A stretch of DNA of 64,000 nucleotides from Patescibacteria group bacterium. Lineage in GTDB: Bacteria; Patescibacteriota; UBA1384; 2-12-FULL-50-11. The notes under the pieces were generated by a model. The model saw only the letters and a list, made by a program, of their open reading frames with translations, searched no databases and was not told where the DNA came from. The translations under genes and the position numbers were made by a program. Location of the stretch: NCBI GenBank assembly GCA_022843855.1, contig JALHMV010000003.1, positions 6,560 to 70,559 of the forward strand. Reading direction: 5' to 3'. The stretch's first letter is position 1; the number at the start of each line of letters is the position of its first letter. Positions 1 through 6,676 of this stretch are shown here, piece by piece.

Positions 1-563
1 AGGACCAGAAGACCGCCGACGAGCGCATTCCTCAACTGCTGCAAATACCGGCAGCCGTTCGGTTTCTGAGTATGGAACCGCTGCTCGGGCCGGTGGATTT
101 AACCAATTTAGCCATTATCCGACACGAGGACGGGTTTGGGGATGTATCCCTGAATTGTCTGAACGGGCACGTAAAAGGCCCGGACGATATGACCGATCTG
201 CAAATCAATTGGGTCATCGTCGGCGGCGAATCGGGCGGCAAGGCCCGGCCGATGCATCCGGATTGGGTGCGGTCGCTTCGCGATCAGTGCCAGGCGGCAA
301 GCGTTCCATTCTTTTTCAAGCAATGGGGTGAGTGGACCGTCGCTTCTGACGAAAATCTGGCGATGTGCCAAGTTCGCTGGAACGCCGACTCGGACAACAC
401 TTGCTGGCTCGATAGCGATGGCACTGTGCGGAGCGGAAGCTCTAACGGAATGAGCCCAAGAGCCTTTGGGATGATTCGTGTCGGCAAAAACAAATCCGGC
501 CGCCTGCTCGACGGCCGCGAATGGAATGAAGTGCCGGAGGAAAAACAACATGACAAAAAATAA
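1..563 (+). CDS. Phage Gp37/Gp68-family protein, C-terminal part (gene starts upstream of window; reading frame begins at nt 3)
   Basis: Frame is open from nt 3 through the track ORF 72..563. Contains the characteristic FFFKQWGEW motif of the phage Gp37/Gp68 family. Confidence 0.55.
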   Translation, partial: DQKTADERIPQLLQIPAAVRFLSMEPLLGPVDLTNLAIIRHEDGFGDVSLNCLNGHVKGPDDMTDLQINWVIVGGESGGKARPMHPDWVRSLRDQCQAASVPFFFKQWGEWTVASDENLAMCQVRWNADSDNTCWLDSDGTVRSGSSNGMSPRAFGMIRVGKNKSGRLLDGREWNEVPEEKQHDKK

Positions 564-717
564 AGAACTTTACAAAAACGCAGTGGCGGCGATCGACGCG
601 CTGTTCTCCGACGATTCGGTGTCCATCGATGAGGCGATCGAGAATCTCGAAGAGCTGCAAGCCGAGATCGAGGGCAAGATCGAGTGTTTGAAAGAGGACC
701 TGCAGCGGGGCGAATGA
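550..717 (+). CDS. hypothetical small acidic protein (55 aa)
   Basis: ATG at 550 preceded by GGAGG. In frame with track ORF 478..717. Start chosen by RBS. Confidence 0.4.
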   Translation: MTKNKELYKNAVAAIDALFSDDSVSIDEAIENLEELQAEIEGKIECLKEDLQRGE

Positions 718-1193
718 TGGCTGAATACGACGACAAATCAGAGCGGTACTGTGATCCGCAATGTGGGAGGGGCTGCACGCGAACGGAGCACGACCGTGTT
801 TTGGTGGTCGCTAGAGAAGTGGCGTCGATGTGCGGTGCGGACTGGACGGTCCGCGTTTGGGACAACCTCGGCTGGCAGTATCAGGCTATTTCGCCGTGCG
901 GCCGACTTCGCGTCTCCGACAACAGCCATCCGGGTGGAGACTTCACTCAGGGGTTTACCTGCTACATCTCACGGCCGGGTGAGGTCGCAATCGACTGGCT
1001 CGGTAAAGGCGACGGCCCTTTGGACGCTGTCCATGACGCACTCACTAACATGATGGCCGATATCGGGTATCTGTTTCGGGGTGGGAAGCTGCTTGGCCAG
1101 ACTGGACTACTTGCCGAAAGTGAAAACGAAAAGGTGGTGAGAATAAGTGATGATGATCAGACCGACCGGAATAATTCGAACGCTGCCGGGTGA
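714..1193 (+). CDS. hypothetical protein
   Basis: ATGA stop/start coupling with the preceding gene at 714-717. Frame of track ORF 684..1193. Confidence 0.4.
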   Translation: MMAEYDDKSERYCDPQCGRGCTRTEHDRVLVVAREVASMCGADWTVRVWDNLGWQYQAISPCGRLRVSDNSHPGGDFTQGFTCYISRPGEVAIDWLGKGDGPLDAVHDALTNMMADIGYLFRGGKLLGQTGLLAESENEKVVRISDDDQTDRNNSNAAG

Positions 1194-1530
1194 GGCTCGT
1201 CAGTACGCTCTGGACAGCACGGCACGGACCAGGATGATGCGGTCCTATGACGCGCTGAACGAAGGGAAGATCCCCGCCATCTACGTCGCTCTTTCACAGC
1301 GGCCGAAGATCGATGTGCTGCATCTGTACATCCTCGTCGGCGGTCAGATCATTTGCCGAATGAACATCGCCGGCTTTGAAAGTGGCGAAGGATGGGAGCT
1401 GGACTGTTGGGATGGAATGAAGCGATCCGCGAAGTGGTGGGTCATCTGCTCAGCTCCGGTCAGCTATCCGCCTCAGCCGATAGCCAGACGCGGCTTTCAG
1501 GGGTTTCGATACACGGAGGATCTGTGGTGA
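1147..1530 (+). CDS. hypothetical protein
   Basis: Track ORF. Compact gene packing with its neighbours. Confidence 0.35.
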   Translation: MMMIRPTGIIRTLPGEARQYALDSTARTRMMRSYDALNEGKIPAIYVALSQRPKIDVLHLYILVGGQIICRMNIAGFESGEGWELDCWDGMKRSAKWWVICSAPVSYPPQPIARRGFQGFRYTEDLW

Positions 1531-1955
1531 AACGATGCCCGGCGTGCGGGGAGGTAAAACCCCGAGAAGAATTCTCGAAAGCCGGCTACTGCCATCCGTG
1601 CAATAACCGCAAAGGCCGCGAGTATTCGAAGGCGAACCGCGAGATCTGCAACGCGGCTCGTCGCCGTCGCCGGCAGGCGAACCCTGGGAAGGCCCGGGCC
1701 GAGGATAAGCGGGCTCGGGAACTGAAACGGACACGCGATCCGCAGGCCTTCTACGCAAAGCAGTACGAGCGAACGAAGCGGTGGCGGGCAAGGCATCCGG
1801 AAAAGGTCCGCGAGATCCTGCAGCGGTCATACGACCGGAACCGCAGCCCGTTCGGCTACGAGCTGCGGCAGGCGATGCGACTTTTGGAAAAACTGAGAAA
1901 GGAGATAGCGAATGCCAAAGAACAAGATCGAGGATCTTCGCAACCTGTTGTTTGA
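1527..1955 (+). CDS. Zn-ribbon (CxxC...CxxC) basic protein, possible DNA-binding
   Basis: GTG start at 1527 overlaps the previous TGA (GTGA), with GGAGG 8 nt upstream. Motifs CPACG...CHPC followed by an Arg/Lys-rich tail. Confidence 0.4.
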   Translation: MKRCPACGEVKPREEFSKAGYCHPCNNRKGREYSKANREICNAARRRRRQANPGKARAEDKRARELKRTRDPQAFYAKQYERTKRWRARHPEKVREILQRSYDRNRSPFGYELRQAMRLLEKLRKEIANAKEQDRGSSQPVV

Positions 1956-2154
1956 GACGATCGAGAAGCTGGTCGACGGCGAAGAAACGATGGACGCCGA
2001 CCAGGCGAACGCCGTCGCCAATATCGCAAAGACGATCATCGATTCGGCCCGCGTCGAGATCCAATTCATGAATATTGTTGGCGGTACCGGTTCCGGCTTC
2101 ATCCCGACCGAACCAAGACAATTAACCGGAGGTCGTGAAAACAATGACTCTTAG
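1912..2154 (+). CDS. hypothetical protein
   Basis: Track ORF with GGAG upstream. Overlaps the previous gene by 44 nt. Confidence 0.35.
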   Translation: MPKNKIEDLRNLLFETIEKLVDGEETMDADQANAVANIAKTIIDSARVEIQFMNIVGGTGSGFIPTEPRQLTGGRENNDS

Positions 2155-2806
2155 ATACACATACAAATCACTTGAAGGCCAGTTCCCGCGGGAGCTGACG
2201 CCCGACCACAAACGCAAGCCGTCGCCGTTCGGTAAAAGCTGGACCGAGACGCTTGAGCTCCTCCACCGGGAGATGAAGATGCTCGGCTACCGCGAAGATT
2301 CGTGCGTGATCCAGACGGCACACACGCCGTATGACGTCCGGAACGACGGAATGCTCCGGCGCGGGGCTCGTGCTCCGTCACATCCCGGCTTGGTGGTCCG
2401 CTTCGATGTGTGGGACAGGCCGAACCGCCGATACATGCCGATGAGTTTTGAGTGCGACCAATTCACATCGTTCGAAGCGAACCTGCGGGCGATCGCTGAT
2501 GCTCTCGAAGCTCTTCGCAAGGTCGACCGGTATGGCGTGAGTGGTGGTGGCAAAGCGAACGCTCACTACGAAGGCTACAAAGCTCTCCCGCCTGCCAGCG
2601 ATGGCGGTTTCACGGTCGAAACGGCAGCTCTGTTCATCGCACAGCACACGCAATACAAAGCGGCCGACATCAAGGCTTACACAGAGATCCGCGACCGGGC
2701 TTTCCGGCACGCGTCGATGAAGCTCCATCCGGACGCAGGCGGATCGCACGAGGACTTTGTCAAACTCACCGCGGCAAAGCGGGTTTTGGAGGAGAATGCC
2801 ACGTAA
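2144..2806 (+). CDS. J-domain (DnaJ-like HPD motif) protein
   Basis: C-terminal ...FRHASMKLHPDAGGSHEDFVKLTAAKRVL matches J-domain helix II-HPD-helix III. ATG 2144 sits 12 nt after GGAGG (the track start 2135 is a GTG). Confidence 0.5.
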   Translation: MTLRYTYKSLEGQFPRELTPDHKRKPSPFGKSWTETLELLHREMKMLGYREDSCVIQTAHTPYDVRNDGMLRRGARAPSHPGLVVRFDVWDRPNRRYMPMSFECDQFTSFEANLRAIADALEALRKVDRYGVSGGGKANAHYEGYKALPPASDGGFTVETAALFIAQHTQYKAADIKAYTEIRDRAFRHASMKLHPDAGGSHEDFVKLTAAKRVLEENAT

Positions 2807-4166
2807 GAAAGACCAGACAACTCAGATCAAAGGCGAGGTACTTTTCTCGAAACCGCTGCCATCGTCGAACGACGCAGAGCGATGCGTTCTCGGAGCGGTG
2901 CTGCTCGACGAGAACATAATCGCACAGGCCGCAGAGGCTCTTGAGGCGGATGATTTCTACTCGCCGTTCCATCGTCGGATATATACGGCGATGCTCTCGC
3001 TGTTCAACTCTAACCGGACCATTGACCCGATCCTGATCGCCGAGGAATTGAAGCGCGACGGCGATGCGGCAACGGTCGGCGGCATCGCGGCGATCACAAA
3101 CCTGAGCTACGGGCTTCCGCACTTCACCGACGTCGGCGAGTACCTTCAGATCATCCGGCAGAAGTCTCTACTGCGTCGGTTGATCATGTCGTGTGCGCAG
3201 ATCACAAGCGACGCTTTGGAAGAGGAAGAGGATTCGGAGCTGGTGCTCGATCGTGCCGAGCAGATGATCTTCACCCTATCGCAAGAGCGCGACCAGGGAG
3301 CGGCCGGACCGGTGCTGGCCGAGCTGCTCGCCTACGAAAGCTTGACCAAGGCTTACGAGCGGCGAAAGAGCGGCGAGATAGTTCAAGGCATCAAGACCGG
3401 CCTGCGGGATCTGGACAGCTTCCTCGCCGGCTTCAAGCAGCAGGACCTCATCATCCTCGCTGCCCGGCCATCGATGGGCAAGACGGCCGCGGCTTTGCAG
3501 TTCCTCGTCAACGCGGCTCTTGATGACCATGTCGTCTTTTTCGCGTCGCTGGAAATGAGTAAAGAGCAGGTCATCGACCGGACGATCGCTCAGATAGCTG
3601 ATATTAGCCTCTGGGGCTACGCTCACAACGTTCTAAGCGATATGCAATGGAAACAGGCCACCGATGTCTATAACACGCTCCAAGGGCGACGATTCTTCAT
3701 TGACGACACTCCTGCCATGACACCGACACAGGTGCTCGCCAAGGCCCGGAAGATCAAGACGGAGCAAAAGAAGCTCGACCTGGTCGCGGTCGACTATCTA
3801 GGCCTGATGACTTCGAGCAAACCCAGCCGCGAACGCCGCGATGACATCAGCGCCATATCTCGCGAACTGAAGGCCATCGCCAAAGAGCTCAAATGCCCGG
3901 TGATCGCCCTTTCGCAGCTCTCCCGAGCTCCCGAGAATCGCAATCCGCCGCGGCCGAAGCTTTCGGACCTGCGCGACTCCGGAGCGATCGAACAGGATGC
4001 GGACGTCGTGATCTTTCTCTATCGCCCGAGCTACTACGAGAAGAAAGAGACAGACTCGACCAATTACACGACCGAGTTCATCATCGCCAAGAACCGGAAC
4101 GGGCCGACCGACACCGTCGAGGCTATCTGGCTCAGGGACAAGGTGAAATTCGGTAACAAGAATTAG
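2796..4166 (+). CDS. dnaB: replicative DNA helicase, DnaB family
   Basis: DnaB N-terminal domain followed by a RecA-like domain with Walker A (ARPSMGKTAAALQF), DYLGLM and SQLSR motifs. ATG 2796 after GGAGGAG. Confidence 0.85.
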   Translation: MPRKKDQTTQIKGEVLFSKPLPSSNDAERCVLGAVLLDENIIAQAAEALEADDFYSPFHRRIYTAMLSLFNSNRTIDPILIAEELKRDGDAATVGGIAAITNLSYGLPHFTDVGEYLQIIRQKSLLRRLIMSCAQITSDALEEEEDSELVLDRAEQMIFTLSQERDQGAAGPVLAELLAYESLTKAYERRKSGEIVQGIKTGLRDLDSFLAGFKQQDLIILAARPSMGKTAAALQFLVNAALDDHVVFFASLEMSKEQVIDRTIAQIADISLWGYAHNVLSDMQWKQATDVYNTLQGRRFFIDDTPAMTPTQVLAKARKIKTEQKKLDLVAVDYLGLMTSSKPSRERRDDISAISRELKAIAKELKCPVIALSQLSRAPENRNPPRPKLSDLRDSGAIEQDADVVIFLYRPSYYEKKETDSTNYTTEFIIAKNRNGPTDTVEAIWLRDKVKFGNKN

Positions 4167-4182
4167 GAATGGAGGTAAATGA

Positions 4183-5184
4183 ATGTCGGCACAGTGGGTT
4201 GGATATTACTTTGACAACGACGACACGAGGATTGATGGATCGCTGCTGCTCACGCTTCTGGCGATCGCGGACCACGCGGACTCGAGCGGGCTGGCATGGC
4301 CGCGACGCAGCCTGATCGCTAAAAAGGCAAGGATCCGCGTTAGGCAGGTAACCCGGAACTTCCGAACGCTTGAAGACCTCGGTTACCTAGAAACGAAACA
4401 AGCACAAGGGCGAGGGAAACAATCGTTGTATCAACTTCTTCGCCCGGAAGTGCCGGAAACAGCCCGATCCGAAAAGGGGACACCGGTGTCCTCTTTTCCC
4501 GAGCCCGAAATAAAGGGTGTCACCGGCGACACCTTTTCTGAGGAGATAAAAGAGGTCATGGATGACACCTTTTCTGAAATAAAAGGTGTCACCGGTGACC
4601 AAGAAAAGGCGTCATGGGTGACCGAAAAAGGTGTCACCCATGACACCCCCATATATAACCATCAAGAACCGTCAATAGAACCATCACACAAACCGCGTGT
4701 GCGTGCGTCCGCGAGTGAAAAATCTTCTCCCTTTGGTGAACCGCTTAACAAACCAAAAAAGATCGGCGAGCATACGCTCGCCGAATTCAGGGAGCTGCTC
4801 GACGCAGCCGCTCCTCACTTAAAAAGCGAACATCTGGAAGATGTTCGCAAGATGTGGCTATCCGGCACGCCGCCGCTTGAGGTGATCAAGTGCTACAACG
4901 TGATGCGGATGGAATCATGGCGGACAAGCCGCGTTACGTGGCGGACCGTCGCAGCCTACCTGCCGGATTGGCAGTTCAGGCAAGAAAAGGGCATCAAGCC
5001 CGGACAGGAGCAAAACAATGGCAGAAAGAAAATTCGAACCGCAGAAGACTACGATGCAGCACTCAAGCAATGGCGGGAAGAGCGCGGACATCTTTTCGCT
5101 GGACGAGATCGAGCGAATGATGAGCTTGATCAACCGGTCACGACTCTTGCAGGGTTACTCGCTGCTCGATCCGAAGGAAGCTGA
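4183..5184 (+). CDS. putative replication initiation protein (winged-helix N-terminus; iterons inside its own coding sequence)
   Basis: N-terminal HTH/winged-helix-like segment. Lambda-O-like arrangement with a palindrome/iteron cluster inside the gene. Codon GC3 collapses after ~4980, where the next gene overlaps. Confidence 0.45.
   Translation: MSAQWVGYYFDNDDTRIDGSLLLTLLAIADHADSSGLAWPRRSLIAKKARIRVRQVTRNFRTLEDLGYLETKQAQGRGKQSLYQLLRPEVPETARSEKGTPVSSFPEPEIKGVTGDTFSEEIKEVMDDTFSEIKGVTGDQEKASWVTEKGVTHDTPIYNHQEPSIEPSHKPRVRASASEKSSPFGEPLNKPKKIGEHTLAEFRELLDAAAPHLKSEHLEDVRKMWLSGTPPLEVIKCYNVMRMESWRTSRVTWRTVAAYLPDWQFRQEKGIKPGQEQNNGRKKIRTAEDYDAALKQWREERGHLFAGRDRANDELDQPVTTLAGLLAARSEGS
4486..4660. repeat. 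cluster of GGTGTCACC / GGTGACACC-type palindromes and repeats followed by an AT-rich tract (putative origin of replication)
   Basis: Seen directly: GGACACCGGTGTCC, AAAGGGTGTCACCGGCGACACCTTTT, GACACCTTTTCTGAAATAAAAGGTGTCACCGGTGACC, AAAAGGTGTCACCCATGACACC, then ATATATAACC. Confidence 0.5.
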
Positions 5185-5506
5185 CCTGATGGCCGCGGCC
5201 TGGCTTACGGAATTCAGACGCTGGCGCATCCCCGAGTGGACCTACGAGGATCTGCTGCAGAAAACGCTCGACGCTCGGGCAAAGGATTTCTACGACGGCC
5301 GGCAGCCGAGGAGCATCGAAGCCGCTTCGCTGATGGCGATCTTCGACGGCTACTACCGCATCGAGTTCGACCACTACTGCGACGAATGCCGTGAGAACCA
5401 AGGCACGATCTACGTCGTCAATCCCGAGACGGACCGGATCGAGAAGACCTACGAGTGCAAGCACGAGACCGGATATCGGTACCCGCCGAAAGTCATCAAG
5501 CGCTAA
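5018..5506 (+). CDS. hypothetical protein with C-terminal Zn-ribbon (CDEC...CKH)
   Basis: Track ORF with GGAG upstream. High GC3 in this frame within the 166-nt overlap with the previous gene. Confidence 0.4.
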   Translation: MAERKFEPQKTTMQHSSNGGKSADIFSLDEIERMMSLINRSRLLQGYSLLDPKEADLMAAAWLTEFRRWRIPEWTYEDLLQKTLDARAKDFYDGRQPRSIEAASLMAIFDGYYRIEFDHYCDECRENQGTIYVVNPETDRIEKTYECKHETGYRYPPKVIKR

Positions 5507-5529
5507 AAACCCAAATGATAACTTTTGTC

Positions 5530-5586
5530 TTGACATCTGCTTTACAAGAGGTTTATCATTCGGTGTAAAGCAACTTGCTTTACAGG
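5530..5586 (+). promoter_or_regulatory. sigma70-like promoter (TTGACA-N17/18-TATCAT) with operator palindrome TGTAAAGCAA-ct-TTGCTTTACA and an extra upstream half-site
   Basis: Seen in sequence at 5530-5535, 5554-5559 and 5563-5584. Half-site GCTTTACA also at 5539-5546. Confidence 0.45.
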
Positions 5587-5595
5587 AGAAACAAA

Positions 5596-6549
5596 ATGCA
5601 AAACACAATCGCGACAGAAATCAAACCAGACCAGATCTTGAACGTGCTTCATTCGGAGAACTTCCAAGGCCGCTACGTTGCCAAAAGCGACGACCCGAAC
5701 CTGCTGGAAAAATGGATCGCCATCGACAAGGCATCCACGCCGCCGACCATTCGGGCGTACTTCACCGAGGAAACGGCGCGGAGCTCGTTCGGGAACGAAC
5801 GCCTGATCGGTGCCGGTCGGGAGATCGACCCGCTCCAACAACCCGCGATCGAATCCATCCCGGTCGAAAGCATCCCGGCAGTCACACCCGGTCCACCACA
5901 GAACGGACACTATCCGCCGCAGGTAGAGCAGCCCGAGGAAACCCCAAGCGTGGAAGCTCAACCCGAGCCAGAGACAGCGGAGACAGCGGAGCCCGAGGAC
6001 GTCCAGCCCGAGCAACCGCTCACGTGGGAAGAAAAGATCCTCCGGATGAGCGACGACGAGCTCGTGGGCGCGATCCGCAAGGTCGAGGCCGCGTACTTCG
6101 CCGAGGCACGCGTGGTGAACTCGCTCGACGCGCAGTTCAAGGCGAAGCAGGAAAAGTTCAACAAAGAGAACGCCGAGCTGATCCAAGAGCGGAAGGCGGC
6201 GACCAACCGGCGCGACTCGGTCGTTGGCCAGTTGAAGTTTGCGTCGACAGAGTACGCCGAGCGCTACCCGAACGAATCGGAATTCGATCTGTACATCAAG
6301 TTCAGGAACAGCAAGACGTACGATTTCGACGAACCGAAGGGGATCACATGGGCCGAGAAGAACTACCCGGCCGCGATCGTCAACCACGGTCCGCAGCTCG
6401 ACCTTCCCCGCATCAAGGCGTACGTCAACGACCTCGTCAAGCGGAAGGAACCGCTGCCGGATTTCGTGACGGTGGAATCCAAACGGGTAGTCACTCTGGC
6501 GACGACGATCCCGGCCTCCGACGAGGAGCTTGAGAAGGCAAATTCGTAA
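5596..6549 (+). CDS. hypothetical protein with acidic, Pro-rich central linker
   Basis: ATG 5596 after ACAGGAGAA. In frame with track ORF 5575..6549. Confidence 0.45.
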   Translation: MQNTIATEIKPDQILNVLHSENFQGRYVAKSDDPNLLEKWIAIDKASTPPTIRAYFTEETARSSFGNERLIGAGREIDPLQQPAIESIPVESIPAVTPGPPQNGHYPPQVEQPEETPSVEAQPEPETAETAEPEDVQPEQPLTWEEKILRMSDDELVGAIRKVEAAYFAEARVVNSLDAQFKAKQEKFNKENAELIQERKAATNRRDSVVGQLKFASTEYAERYPNESEFDLYIKFRNSKTYDFDEPKGITWAEKNYPAAIVNHGPQLDLPRIKAYVNDLVKRKEPLPDFVTVESKRVVTLATTIPASDEELEKANS

Positions 6550-6553
6550 CTCA

Positions 6554-6630
6554 CGCGAGAATGGAGCAAGGGTGGCTCGTCGGCCTCATAAGCCGGAAAT
6601 CAGGCGGTTCAACTCTGCCTCTCGCAACCA
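6554..6630 (+). tRNA. tRNA-Met (anticodon CAU), initiator-like (C1xA72 mismatch, 3' end GCAACCA with encoded CCA)
   Basis: Cloverleaf by eye: acceptor CGCGAGA/TCTCGCA, D-stem GAGC/GCTC, anticodon loop CUCAUAA, T-arm GGCGG-TTCAACT-CTGCC. Strong resemblance to the E. coli tRNA-fMet layout. Atypical 3-nt 8/9 linker and 6-nt variable loop. Coordinates +/-2. Confidence 0.55.
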
Positions 6631-6676
6631 ACCACTAGACCGAGGCGGTCGCTTGACCGCCTAACAGGAGAAAGCA

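Noticed and set aside
2135-2143. Track start (GTG at 2135) for the J-domain gene
   Set aside because: The GTG is only 3 nt after the GGAGG. ATG at 2144 has canonical spacing.
5391-6533. 380-aa Arg-rich + ORF overlapping gene 5596..6549 in another frame
   Set aside because: Extreme Arg/Gly/Pro composition with no start context. The co-located frame has an operator, RBS and sensible protein composition.
6554-6630. Interpretation of the tRNA-like sequence as an attP core
   Set aside because: No integrase or other recombination gene is recognisable anywhere in the window, and the element lies mid-genome between early genes. Cannot be excluded without the host sequence, so it is retained as a tRNA call.
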